This document shows, piece by piece, positions 29,028-39,595 of a stretch of DNA of 64,000 nt. The stretch spans positions 169,633 to 233,632 of the forward strand of contig JAVYWL010000003.1 in NCBI GenBank assembly GCA_038727135.1, in the 5' to 3' direction. Numbering within the stretch: the first letter of the stretch is position 1; each line of letters starts with the position of its first letter. A program made the position numbers and the translations under genes. The stretch comes from Candidatus Bathyarchaeia archaeon (GTDB lineage Archaea > Thermoproteota > Bathyarchaeia > Bathyarchaeales > Bathycorpusculaceae). Below the pieces are notes generated by a model, which worked only from the letters and a program-made list of their open reading frames with translations, did no database searches and had not been told where the DNA came from.

Positions 29028-29801
29028 TTGAAGGAGTTTAAAGCCATAGCTCTTGAAGGTTTCCCCTTAATAAAACCCGGAGACAACATAGCGAAAATAA
29101 TTGCTGAAAACGCGGAGAAAAACGGCTTGAAAATCGAGGACGGAGACGTAATTGTTATTGCCCAAAAAATTTTCTCGAAGGCTGAAGGCAGAATAGTCAA
29201 CCTTAAAGAGATTGCCCCCTCCAAAGAGGCTAAGGAAATTGCAAGAAAAACAGGAAAAAGCCCTAAGTTTGTGGAGCTCGTTTTAAGGGAGGCAAAGGAG
29301 GTCATAAAGGCTTCTAGCGAAATCTTGCTTGTAGAGGACAATCGCGGCCTAGTTTGTATAAATGCCGGAATAGACAAATCAAACATCGAAGGAGAAAGCA
29401 ACTTCGCGCTTCTGCCAGAAGACCCAGACGCTTCAGCGGAAAAATGCCGAAAAGAAATACGAAAGTTAACTGGGAAAAATGTGGCAATAATAATATGCGA
29501 CACTTATAGCCGCCCCTTCCGCCGTGGACAAGTGAACTTTGCCATAGGATTGGCTGGAATCAAGCCCTTCAAAGATTATAGGGGTAAAAGGGATCTTTAC
29601 GGTTACATATTGAAGGTTAAGAATGTGGCGGTTGTCGATGAGATTGCTGCTGCAGCGGAACTTCTCATGGGACAAGCCGAAGAAGCCACTCCCGTGGTAA
29701 TTTTTAAAGGCTTAAAGGACGTAGTGGAATTTTGTGAAAAATCAAGCGCAAAAGAGCTGAAAATTGGGAAAGACGAGGACCTGTTTAGAGAAGCCCTATA
29801 A
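29028..29801 (+). CDS. cofE: CofE-family F420-0:gamma-glutamyl ligase (second copy)
   Basis: AQKIFSKAEGR, NAGIDKSN, LLPEDPDASA, DTYSRPFRRG. Confidence 0.9.
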   Translation: MKEFKAIALEGFPLIKPGDNIAKIIAENAEKNGLKIEDGDVIVIAQKIFSKAEGRIVNLKEIAPSKEAKEIARKTGKSPKFVELVLREAKEVIKASSEILLVEDNRGLVCINAGIDKSNIEGESNFALLPEDPDASAEKCRKEIRKLTGKNVAIIICDTYSRPFRRGQVNFAIGLAGIKPFKDYRGKRDLYGYILKVKNVAVVDEIAAAAELLMGQAEEATPVVIFKGLKDVVEFCEKSSAKELKIGKDEDLFREAL

Positions 29802-29812
29802 GCGCTCCTTTT

Positions 29813-30451
29813 TCACCACTCCATGATGAGGAATGGGTTGGTTTGCTTTTCCTCTCCAATTGTTGTTGTTGAACCGTGACCCGGGTAAACCTTAAAACTG
29901 TCAGGAAGGTTTGCTAACTTCTTTAACGATTCTTTCATGTCTGATTCTGAGCTTTGCGGAAGGTCTGTCCTCCCAATTGAGCCGGCAAATAAAGTGTCGC
30001 CGGTAAACACCTCACCCTCGCTTATTAGGGATATGCTTCCTGGACTGTGGCCCGGAGTGTGCATAACTTTGAGGGCCATTTTGCCAAACTTTACATAATC
30101 TCCATCTTTTAGGAGAATGTCTGCCGACGGTGAGAAACTGTTGAAGCCGAAAAATTTTGCGATAACTTTGCCAAAGGTTCCAAGCATGAAAGCATCCTTC
30201 TCATGAACCAAGATTGGCGTTTGAAACTGCTTTTTAACTATGCCATTTCCACAAACATGGTCCGGATGACCGTGAGTGTTCACAATATATTTTAGCTTTA
30301 GGGCTTTTTCTTCGATAAACTTGAAAATTTTTTCTCCTTCAGAGGCGTTATCAAATCCGGGGTCGATGATTATGGCCTCTCCTGTTTCCGGGCATGCTAC
30401 AATGTAGCAGTTTGTGAAGAGCTTACCAACGGTGAACATCTGGATTGTCAT
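29813..30451 (-). CDS. MBL-fold hydrolase (glyoxalase II-like)
   Basis: THGHPDH, HTPGHSPGS, FTGDTLF, YPGHG. Confidence 0.9.
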   Translation of the reverse strand: MTIQMFTVGKLFTNCYIVACPETGEAIIIDPGFDNASEGEKIFKFIEEKALKLKYIVNTHGHPDHVCGNGIVKKQFQTPILVHEKDAFMLGTFGKVIAKFFGFNSFSPSADILLKDGDYVKFGKMALKVMHTPGHSPGSISLISEGEVFTGDTLFAGSIGRTDLPQSSESDMKESLKKLANLPDSFKVYPGHGSTTTIGEEKQTNPFLIMEW

Positions 30452-30575
30452 TTCTGAACAGCCTTTTGAAGAACCATTTCATCTAATAAACTTTGTTGGC
30501 GAGGGGAATATTCCCGTTCTAATAGTAACTCATAAATTTCAAGGCGCATAATTTATTGTTGGAGATGGAGAAGCT

Positions 30576-30782
30576 TTGAGGTTAGATGAAATCTTGGCTG
30601 TGGCAAGTAAGTTCAATATGTGTCCAAAATGCAATTCTAGGGAAGGTTTTTGGCTTGGGATAAGGCGCAACCACGCCTATGTCCAATGTAAGGGTTGTGG
30701 GGCGAGCTTTGAGCTTTTTGAAGTTTTTGCTGTTGGTGAAAAGGGCGAAGTGCCTAAACATTTGAAATTTTTTAGAAAATGA
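30576..30782 (+). CDS. Small Zn-ribbon protein
   Basis: CPKC...CKGC; 68 aa; SD-like GGAG upstream. Confidence 0.6.
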   Translation: MRLDEILAVASKFNMCPKCNSREGFWLGIRRNHAYVQCKGCGASFELFEVFAVGEKGEVPKHLKFFRK

Positions 30783-30909
30783 AACAAGAATATTGAATTA
30801 AATTTTTTGTTCTGATGTTTTTCTTGGTTTTTATTCTAATTCTGAGTCAGAACCTCTAAAAAATTTTTAATAAACGTGTCCACCTTTCCATACGTGACCC
30901 AAAAGAGGA

Positions 30910-33900
30910 ATGAAAATGGAAAAAAGGAAAAAGCTATTTGCATTACTAGCAACAATAATAATTGCAACAGCAGCCTTTACACCAATGCTTTTCACCATAG
31001 TAACAGCAGCAGACCCAACAAGCTGGTACACCAAAGTTAATGGTGTTTTAACAAGCGACTATTATTCGCTTTATCCATTCACAACAAAAAGCATAGACTT
31101 TGGACTTTCAAAGTTCGGCGAGATGATAAATTACCCGGTTACAACAGGTGTGGGCGTCGGCCTACAATATCCAGGCTACGACAGTGTTGGAACATACGAT
31201 CAGAAGGCTGGGACATCTAGGGACCCCTTTGCCAACGAGTACATTGACCCTAAGCTCTGGCTGAATGGTTGGCTCATTGAAATAAGATACACCCACAGAA
31301 CTTATAGAGACCGGCGGGTTCTTGCAATGGCAATGTTCGCTGACATGGCCGCCTACGGAGGAGACTGGCTGGTTGGTCATCCATACCCGTTCCATTTGGC
31401 GCCTCACGGCGGGAGGAAGACAACGGGTTATGCCTACACAGAGCCGTTAACGGTGCTGTATAATGGACCTAGGCGTTATGTAGCCCTTTCAGTGACCCAT
31501 ATCTACGACTGGTTTGACAGCGACCAGGACGGAGTTGTCGATCACCCAGATGAAACATGGCCGATTGTTGATGTTATATTAACCTTCATTTTTGAGAAGG
31601 TTAAGAAGCAAGTTATAATCTTCAAGGATATTAAACAAGTGATTACTGGAAAAGAGCTTGAATCTCCACTTGACATACAGTTTAGCAACAGGGAGGAGTG
31701 GGACCTTGGTCCGCCGCCAAATTATGGAAGCTACGCCCACTTCTTCCACCAAGAGCTTACAACATGCTATGGCCCTGAATGGCATCTTGCACCCGGCATA
31801 ATGCGAGAATGGATAGAGGAAGGCTACAACTTACGCCAAGTCCCAGTTCAGAAGGATGGTTATGGTGGTCCGATAGTTGGGGGCTCTGTCCGGGTTTATG
31901 TAAATGGCACCTTTAAGGAGGAGGGAACCCACTACAACATCAACTATACTAATGGTGCTATTACTTGGCTTATACCTATAGACGGAAACGACTGGGTCAC
32001 AGTTGTATACAAACTATGGAAAGTTGGGACTTACGGAGAGGGCGTCCCTCATTACTATGATGTGGCCCAAATAATTAGCAGTGACCTAAAATATGTTGGT
32101 TGGAAGGCTTTCTGGCCTACGCTTTCTGACTACAGCGTTGATGCATGGGACAAATCGCTTCAACCCCTAATATGGGTTAATGATGCGGACATGGTGCCAG
32201 CTACAAGCGAGCCAGACATACCCTTCGTTGTTGGCGAATGGGACTTCATGCTAGGAAAAGGCTACCCAGACCAGTTCAGAGGAGTCGAAGTGGTAGGCTT
32301 AACAGACTATCACGACGCAAAAGACCCACAAATGACAGGCAATCCTCAGCCAGCAATTGACATTGAAGTAAAATACCAGCTAGACGAAGTTTTTAATCCG
32401 TGGAGTCTAGTGGATGCTGTTGAAAAGTATACTGAACGTTGGGTCCAATTCTATACAGTAAAGACTGAGGATGTAGGTAAAGATTTAAACATAACACTGG
32501 AGCATAAGCCAGTGTGGAAGGCCCCAACATGGGAAGAATACTGCAGCTTCAGTGAAAGGGTCCTATGGGGAGGAGCCCTCAAGATTCCACTACGTGCAGT
32601 AGCCACAGCATACCACTACGAACTATACGTGGACGAGGATGGAACAGGTGTAATACACATACCAGCCAGCAAAGTTCCGCCAGCGGGAACAGAAATCAAA
32701 ATACTCTATTCCACCCAGACCTGGTGGTTTGGTCCAACAAGCGTTACTATGTACAGTAGAACCTTCACAAACAAACCCCTAGGAGAAGACCCAATAACTC
32801 TGTTAGATCAAGTGGACATAAGCCAGGTTATTGGACCAGACGGTTTAGGAGCTAGATGGAGCTTTCTCATCGAAAACTTAACAGTAACGGTGGCAAACGA
32901 AACTAACAGTGCTGAAAGTGGAATGCTTGATGTGGAAATACCAACAGGTCCATACGTGAACTTTAAAGTGTTTAAGAATCAAACCGCTCACCTCATAGGA
33001 TTAAACTACAAACATGAATTTGCAAACCAAACAGGCTTATGGATAAATGCAACCATTGACGCTATAGGTTACGACATTGCTGCACCACCGCTGAAAGATC
33101 TCCACGTGCTTGTCTTCAAACCGACAATACACATAAGAATAACAGCCACAACCAATGGAACCCACTGTAACGCAACCGTAACAGTAACTGTTGAGGATCC
33201 ACAAATTGTGGGAGAAGACCAACTGCCAATATACATAGAATATGTTGGAGGACGCTACGAGTGGGTAACTGTTGGAAGAGACGCCCACTCAGCAGACTCA
33301 ATAGGCGCCTCACTAGTTTCAGCAGCCTTCAAGAATAAACAGGTGGAGATTGGAAATGCAGGCTTCGACATGATGTTCCAGGAATACGCCCTAACAAGCA
33401 TACCATACCTCCTACACAAGTTTAGCGGAACAGGGACAGGATGGCCGCCCAATTATAAGGATAGCATCTACAGAATAGCCTTAAGAGACGACTGGTGCCA
33501 CACATGGCCAATATCTAGCTCCAATGTAATTGGGGTTGGAGGCCCGCTGGCAAACCATATAGCCGAATACTTCAACGACTTCACAGACGCCTTCTACGGC
33601 CTCAACACGGTGGAAGCGCCCTTTACACCATATGCGCCATGGGTTAGCAAAATAATTGCACTATCATGCTGGAGCAAAGACACATACAGCAGCAACGCAA
33701 CCGTCGGCTACGCGGTCATCTCCACATACAAGGATATAAACGGAACAGTTGGCTTCCTAGTCTGGGGAATCAGCGCAAGAGACACCTTCTACGCTTCAAA
33801 GTTCTTCCACGAAGAGATTATCTATGAACTGCAAAGGTTCCCACTGTGCGCAACATCAATAATAGTAGAGATAGACTACACGGATCCAGAACACCCAACA

Positions 33901-33981
33901 TGGACAATACCAGAGGTTCTTGGAACAATAAGCGAAACAACAGTGGAACTGGTTAAAGGCGGAATCCACCCAGACCCATAA
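30910..33981 (+). CDS. Probable S-layer protein
   Basis: Signal peptide; many NxS/T sequons; C-terminal NVIGVGGPLAN motif resembling archaeal S-layer domains; next to glycosyltransferases; pyrimidine-rich terminator follows. Confidence 0.7.
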   Translation: MKMEKRKKLFALLATIIIATAAFTPMLFTIVTAADPTSWYTKVNGVLTSDYYSLYPFTTKSIDFGLSKFGEMINYPVTTGVGVGLQYPGYDSVGTYDQKAGTSRDPFANEYIDPKLWLNGWLIEIRYTHRTYRDRRVLAMAMFADMAAYGGDWLVGHPYPFHLAPHGGRKTTGYAYTEPLTVLYNGPRRYVALSVTHIYDWFDSDQDGVVDHPDETWPIVDVILTFIFEKVKKQVIIFKDIKQVITGKELESPLDIQFSNREEWDLGPPPNYGSYAHFFHQELTTCYGPEWHLAPGIMREWIEEGYNLRQVPVQKDGYGGPIVGGSVRVYVNGTFKEEGTHYNINYTNGAITWLIPIDGNDWVTVVYKLWKVGTYGEGVPHYYDVAQIISSDLKYVGWKAFWPTLSDYSVDAWDKSLQPLIWVNDADMVPATSEPDIPFVVGEWDFMLGKGYPDQFRGVEVVGLTDYHDAKDPQMTGNPQPAIDIEVKYQLDEVFNPWSLVDAVEKYTERWVQFYTVKTEDVGKDLNITLEHKPVWKAPTWEEYCSFSERVLWGGALKIPLRAVATAYHYELYVDEDGTGVIHIPASKVPPAGTEIKILYSTQTWWFGPTSVTMYSRTFTNKPLGEDPITLLDQVDISQVIGPDGLGARWSFLIENLTVTVANETNSAESGMLDVEIPTGPYVNFKVFKNQTAHLIGLNYKHEFANQTGLWINATIDAIGYDIAAPPLKDLHVLVFKPTIHIRITATTNGTHCNATVTVTVEDPQIVGEDQLPIYIEYVGGRYEWVTVGRDAHSADSIGASLVSAAFKNKQVEIGNAGFDMMFQEYALTSIPYLLHKFSGTGTGWPPNYKDSIYRIALRDDWCHTWPISSSNVIGVGGPLANHIAEYFNDFTDAFYGLNTVEAPFTPYAPWVSKIIALSCWSKDTYSSNATVGYAVISTYKDINGTVGFLVWGISARDTFYASKFFHEEIIYELQRFPLCATSIIVEIDYTDPEHPTWTIPEVLGTISETTVELVKGGIHPDP

Positions 33982-33987
33982 CGCACA

Positions 33988-34018
33988 TATCCCCCTTTTC
34001 TTTACCCCTATTTTCTCC
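33988..34018 (+). terminator. Pyrimidine-rich terminator after the S-layer gene
   Basis: CCCCCTTTTCTTTACCCCTATTTTCTCC directly after the stop. Confidence 0.45.
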
Positions 34019-34062
34019 GAAAATCTCGTAAACATTGGCAAAACAAGTTTTGAAGTTCCGTT

Positions 34063-35232
34063 TTAAGCCTCCAACAACAATTCTCTATAAACTTTTAGGA
34101 GCCTTTCAATAACTTTTTCCCAAGAACAAAACATTTCTATAAATCTTCTACCACGCAAACCAGCTTCAACTAAAAAATCCCAATCCCTCACAGCCAAACA
34201 TAAAAATTCCGCCGCCTTATCTGCGTCTGTTGGCAGAAGCAAGCCGAAACGCCTCCTCGCCTCCCAATAACTCTTAATATAAGCGTTAAACCCTGCAACA
34301 GCTGTTTCGCATGCCAAAGCCTCTTTTAAGGCGCCACCCCAAAAAGGGTTTAAATCTAACATAGATGTGGGAGAGAATGCCGAGATGCATTTTGAATAAA
34401 GAGCTGGCAACAAACAGTGAGGAACAAAACCGAGAAACTCAACATTTCCTTCTAAACCCAAATTTTTAGAAAAACTTTTCAGCGCACTAAGCCCCGGTCC
34501 ATCTCCAACCATCAGAACTTTAAAGTCACCCCCAAACTTTTTCTTAAACCGCTGAACAATTTCCAAGATAAGCCATGGACTCTGCTCCTTCAAAGTTCTA
34601 GGCCTAAGAGTCATTCTTCCGGCATAAATAAAGTGCGGAACCCTTTCCTTCTCGCCGACCCTACGGAACCGAGAGGTATCAACCCCAACATTTGGAAACT
34701 TTAAAATTTTACCATTGTCGATGCGCAGCCTCTTCAACCAGTAAATCTCCTCATCTAACGCCACGAGAAACTTGTCAACAACATCAAAAAAGGGTCTGTG
34801 AACAAATTTTCCAAGGATTTGAAGTTCAGGCTCCCCATGATACTGGGCTACAAGCCTCCATCCGCGGTGACGGCGCTTTGCAAAAAACATGAGTGCAAAA
34901 GACCAAAGATAGTAGTTGTGAAAATGAACAATGTCAAAATCGCCCTCCACAAGCTCCTTTATAACTTCAAAGTTGTGAGAATTGCCTATTGGAACCAGTG
35001 GTGGGAACCTAAACTTAACCGGAAAAACCTTAAGCACATAACCGTCCAAACAAAACTCTTTAACCCTTCCCAAATCTTGGTGAAAGGTGGAAAGGGTGAC
35101 TTTGTTACCTTTTTTGCCCACTTTTTCGGCATAATCTTTAGCGAAATGGTAGCGTTGAAAGACAAAGTCTTCTAGGCTACAACCGCTAAATTTTTGGTCA
35201 TGAAGCAGTAGGTAGGCAATATTCAATTTCAT
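34063..35232 (-). CDS. GT4 glycosyltransferase
   Basis: DIVHFHN, NVGVDTSRF, YAGR, MVGDGP, FLGFVPH, EALACE. Confidence 0.88.
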   Translation of the reverse strand: MKLNIAYLLLHDQKFSGCSLEDFVFQRYHFAKDYAEKVGKKGNKVTLSTFHQDLGRVKEFCLDGYVLKVFPVKFRFPPLVPIGNSHNFEVIKELVEGDFDIVHFHNYYLWSFALMFFAKRRHRGWRLVAQYHGEPELQILGKFVHRPFFDVVDKFLVALDEEIYWLKRLRIDNGKILKFPNVGVDTSRFRRVGEKERVPHFIYAGRMTLRPRTLKEQSPWLILEIVQRFKKKFGGDFKVLMVGDGPGLSALKSFSKNLGLEGNVEFLGFVPHCLLPALYSKCISAFSPTSMLDLNPFWGGALKEALACETAVAGFNAYIKSYWEARRRFGLLLPTDADKAAEFLCLAVRDWDFLVEAGLRGRRFIEMFCSWEKVIERLLKVYRELLLEA

Positions 35233-35305
35233 ACATTAATCATATAAAGGGGTGGCTCTTGGCAAATAAAAATTGAATCTCAAAAACCGAACAAGTGCAT
35301 AAACT

Positions 35306-36690
35306 TTGAACCTAAAAAGTTTGGTAAAAAGATTCCTAAAATCAAAAACAGCCATCATACTAGCCATTGCAGTTTTAATTCGTTTCGCTTTAGCCCCCTT
35401 CACAGAACACCGATACGACATGTATATATGGAGAGTGAATCAAGCATTAGCCTATCAATATGGTGTTAATCCGCTGAGTCCGCCGGAGTGGATAGACAAA
35501 AACGCCACAGTTTTCTTCTGGAGCTATCCGCCTCTATGGCTTTTTTACCTACTCACAGTTTATCCAGTTTATGCTGCAGTTTCTCATCCAACTTTCCCAG
35601 CGAACGTCAGCGAACTTTGGCGGGACATGTACACTTTCAAAAATCCATGCGAGGCTTATCACTCCTTCAAACCAGAAAACCTGCCACTACTAGATCTGCT
35701 AATTAAAACGCCTCTAATCATGTCAGACCTAGCCATAGCCCTACTACTGCTCAGGATGATTGGAAGATTTTCAGAAGAGAAAGCCCGCATGTACACCTAC
35801 ATGTGGATTCTAAATCCATATGTAATTTTCATATCAGCTGTTTGGGGGATGTTTGACACGCTACCAACACTTTTCACATTGCTAGCCGTCTGGTTTCTCT
35901 TAGAAGAAAAAGCCAACAAATCAGCCATATCCCTATCCATAGCCGCACTACTGAAAATGTATCCGATTATATTTGCACCAATACTCGCTCTGATGCACTA
36001 CAAAAAACATCGGAAACCGGTCGCAGCAATAAAATATTTTTTAGTGGCGGTCGGCTTAACGATTCTAATCACGTTTCTAGCACACTTCTGCTTCGCCCTA
36101 ATTTTCGGTCAGGAGCCCCTTAGCACTTCCATTACAATGGTTTGGCTTCTTTTAAAGGGAAGGGCGTCGCCGGATTGGTATGGCTCCAACATGTTTTTCG
36201 GCTAACACCCCTCAACATCATGGAAGGCTTGTTCAAGCACCTTAATGTCAAAACAAATATTCCCATCTCACCAGTATTAATTGGTATAGCGGTAACCCTC
36301 CTGCTTTATGGAACAAGCCGAAAGAAAAAAATGGATTCTGTGGACCTCTTCTCCTATATTACAGTGGCTCATTTTGCAATATACTTGACATACACGGTCG
36401 TCAATGAACAATATTTGATATGGATTCTACCCTTCCTACTAGTTCTAGCAGCCACAAAAGGCGATTCCAAAATCATGTTTATCTACTGGACAATAAGCCT
36501 CACCACAATGCTTTTCATTTACACCCATTATGGGGACATATGCTACTTTATCTCTCCATACTTTGTTTCGGGCTATCTTGGATACTTGCATTGGCTGATT
36601 CTTTTCGGATTAACAATCACTGTTGTGTATTTGCTTGGCATAGTTTTCACTCTTAGAAAGGATGAAGGTAAAGTTGCAGAAGTTACGTAA
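35306..36690 (+). pseudogene. GT-C (GT87/PIG-M-like) membrane glycosyltransferase split by a frameshift near 36200
   Basis: ORF 35306-36205 (EHRYD, WSYPP, VWGMFDTLP, LKMYP) overlaps ORF 36142-36690 (VNEQYLIW); joined, they are colinear with the neighbouring paralog. Confidence 0.7.
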
Positions 36691-38002
36691 ACACCTCGAC
36701 AATTTTAAGACGATTGTTCTCTTAGGAATCATTGTTAGGTTAGCCCTTTGCTTTTGGACTGGGCATCCTTGGGATTTTGAGGTTTTTATTCGTGTGGGAT
36801 ATTACGTGGCTAAAGGCTCAAGTCTTTTCGGCACTTTCCCAGCGGAAAGCTACTATAACGAAGGTTTGGGGCAGCCAATATTTCCGCAGATGACAGGTCT
36901 CGGATATCTACCAGCGTGGGGACTATACACAGCCCTCGTGTACAAGATTTATAGCATTCTCCCTCAATCTCCATTCCTCTACTATTTCATGTTAAAACTG
37001 GCTCCAATCCTTGGGGATTTGGCTTCAGCACACCTAATTTACTCGTTAACCCTAACCATTTTTGGCGACGTCAAAAAGGCGAGGGCCGCCTCATTAGCCT
37101 TCTTTCTTTGTCCATTCGTTATACTTATAAGCTCGGTTTGGGGCATGTTTGATTCCATACCTCTAGCCTTTACGTTAGCGTCAGCAACGCTACTCCTATC
37201 AGACAAGCCGCTTTGGAGCGGATTTTACCTTGGAATGGGAATCTACATGAAAGTTGTTCCAATAATTTATCTTCCAATCCACATGCTCTACCTAAACAGT
37301 AAGAAAGGCCTTAAAGAAGCTTTAACCCACTTTTTAATTGCGTTGGCCGTCCCCTTTGTTTTTACAATGGTTCCGCTGATCCTTTTCGGCTGGGAAACCT
37401 CAAAAGCCGCCATAACAATCTTTAGTCAAACACAAAGAACTGGTGAGGTTTTAACCTATTGGAACTTGAGTGCACTTCTTAACGAATTGTTTCCCAAGAA
37501 TTTTTCAAACGAGATACTACACGAGGTTTTCTCCTTCCCGCTGGTGAGGTATTTTTGGGTCTTAGGACTTATGACAGGTTACCTTATGTACCACAATCTT
37601 CAAAAATCTTCTTCCGGGTTTCATGATTTAAGCCTTCTTTTGAGTGGATACCTCTTTACAACAATTAGCTTCTTATTGACGAGAACTTTCATTCCGGAAC
37701 AATTTACCCTTTACCTAGCACCTTTAATAGTTGTTCAAGCTGGAAACTCGAAGCCTAAGAAAATGGCGGGCTGGTGGCATGTTTGGGTTTTAACTTTAAT
37801 CTTCGTCTTTATCAATTTGTATCCGTTTGCATTCGCCTATTTAATAAGTCCGGACTTGTGGTATACCTTCAGCTACTGGGCATTCACAAAACCCTACTCA
37901 ATTGTTAGAAACTCTGCACGCTTCGTTTTGGCGGTGGTGTTTGACTTATTCTTGGTGAAAATTCTTTATGGAACGGTGCGAAATCATGGGAAAACTACTT
38001 AA
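36662..38002 (+). CDS. GT-C (GT87/PIG-M-like) membrane glycosyltransferase
   Basis: TGHPWDFEVF, GYLP, KLAPILGD, SVWGMFDSIP, MKVVP, PEQF; polytopic. Confidence 0.78.
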   Translation: MKVKLQKLRKHLDNFKTIVLLGIIVRLALCFWTGHPWDFEVFIRVGYYVAKGSSLFGTFPAESYYNEGLGQPIFPQMTGLGYLPAWGLYTALVYKIYSILPQSPFLYYFMLKLAPILGDLASAHLIYSLTLTIFGDVKKARAASLAFFLCPFVILISSVWGMFDSIPLAFTLASATLLLSDKPLWSGFYLGMGIYMKVVPIIYLPIHMLYLNSKKGLKEALTHFLIALAVPFVFTMVPLILFGWETSKAAITIFSQTQRTGEVLTYWNLSALLNELFPKNFSNEILHEVFSFPLVRYFWVLGLMTGYLMYHNLQKSSSGFHDLSLLLSGYLFTTISFLLTRTFIPEQFTLYLAPLIVVQAGNSKPKKMAGWWHVWVLTLIFVFINLYPFAFAYLISPDLWYTFSYWAFTKPYSIVRNSARFVLAVVFDLFLVKILYGTVRNHGKTT

Positions 38003-39524
38003 AATTCTAAAGGATAAAAGGGTACACTACGTTGTTATTGTTTGGATACTGCTGGTAAAAGCTGTTGAAATTGTTACAGGACTACTGGCAGAAATTGAGC
38101 CGCTAAGATTCTTTGAGATTTTGGGGTTCGGCTATTTATCCGCATTTTCTCGTATGGTGTGGGATGCACTCGTAGCCCTTACAATTGCTTGGCTAATCTA
38201 CCGACTAAAAAGGGACGTATTCCAAATTTCGTTGAAGATGGGGAGTCTTTCAAAACTGGACGTTTTAAGCATCACGCTACTTTTTGTATGGGTAATTTCC
38301 TCCGCAACAGCGATTTTACAGTTCGCCCAAATCGCTTCGCTTCCACCAGCAAGTCCACAACTGGAAGTTTCAAAGTATTATACACCCTGCAGCACCGCCA
38401 ATGATAGAGCCCTCATGTACTTTGCAATCAATGACACGGAGCGAGGAGCCATAGTTACATTAGACCTTTCTAAATCGATGTTCACTTCCCCATTCTCCTT
38501 TTACCAAATAGGCGAACTATCCATGTTTGGCGTAAAAAACGGCGGATTAAGCCACTTTTCCTTGAAAAACTCTACAACTGGACAGAAGACAATTGAGATG
38601 AGATTTTTCGGAAACGAAACAGACGGCGTGGACGGATGGTTTGCAAATAAAATCACGTTAGAGAAACCTCTAAAAGTGAATGAAAGCACAACGCTTCTGA
38701 TTATGCTGAAACTGGAACAATCATCCGATAACACTGCTTGGACCTACATAAAACTGGATTTTTCATCCAACAGTGGCGAAGAATTTTCTATTGTTTGGAA
38801 ATTTCACGACAAACCAATAAATTCAATGTTTTATAGCGCCGACGGCAAAATGAAAATGTACCTTCTCGGAAGCGCCGTTGAATGGACATTCTTCCAGTTC
38901 AACCTAAAAGATGTCTTCTACACAAGCTTTTCTTGTCATCCGCAGTTTTTGAACAGCATCGAATACGGTGTCGGAGCAGAAGCAGACAACATTGTAACCG
39001 CCAACTTCCTACTTGTGAAAATATCTGATCAGCCCCTACAAGTTAATGGGGGGTTGGTTGAAAGCGTAAAGCCAACAATAAGATTGGAAGATTCTAGAAT
39101 AAAGTTTGAGGGAGTCGAGGTTTCGAGGCTTTATGTAACATTTACACTAAAGCCATATAAAGAGAAAAGAAATTTCCAGCTGTTGTTAACAAAAATTTTA
39201 AGATTTGAACGGTGTGAATGGAGCCTTCCCACATTTCACCTAGAAGCCGAAGAAAGAATCTATTTGAACTTATCGAATAAGTTCACGAAAATATTCTTGA
39301 ACGGCAGAGAAGTAATGCCAAAAACATGTGTCTTTGAGCCTTTGGCTTATGAAGTCACACCTTTTAAAGGTGAAGAATTAGTTTTGACGGTTGTTAGTGA
39401 GGTGGACACTTATCTCACGCCAGTAATTAGCATTATCTTAGTTCCGCTGCTTGTTGTATTTTCATTGAAGACGGCGAAATTCAGAAAAGAGAAGGAAAGT
39501 AAGTATCTTGCTCTCTACTTTTGA
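37968..39524 (+). CDS. Membrane-anchored protein with a large extracellular beta-rich domain
   Basis: About 3 N-terminal TM helices, beta-rich middle, C-terminal TM. Confidence 0.6.
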   Translation: MERCEIMGKLLKILKDKRVHYVVIVWILLVKAVEIVTGLLAEIEPLRFFEILGFGYLSAFSRMVWDALVALTIAWLIYRLKRDVFQISLKMGSLSKLDVLSITLLFVWVISSATAILQFAQIASLPPASPQLEVSKYYTPCSTANDRALMYFAINDTERGAIVTLDLSKSMFTSPFSFYQIGELSMFGVKNGGLSHFSLKNSTTGQKTIEMRFFGNETDGVDGWFANKITLEKPLKVNESTTLLIMLKLEQSSDNTAWTYIKLDFSSNSGEEFSIVWKFHDKPINSMFYSADGKMKMYLLGSAVEWTFFQFNLKDVFYTSFSCHPQFLNSIEYGVGAEADNIVTANFLLVKISDQPLQVNGGLVESVKPTIRLEDSRIKFEGVEVSRLYVTFTLKPYKEKRNFQLLLTKILRFERCEWSLPTFHLEAEERIYLNLSNKFTKIFLNGREVMPKTCVFEPLAYEVTPFKGEELVLTVVSEVDTYLTPVISIILVPLLVVFSLKTAKFRKEKESKYLALYF

Positions 39525-39595
39525 AAGCGTCCGGAAGAGAAACGGATGTTCGGTTTTCAACATAATTCTTATAAATTTTCCAAATCAAGCGCGCA

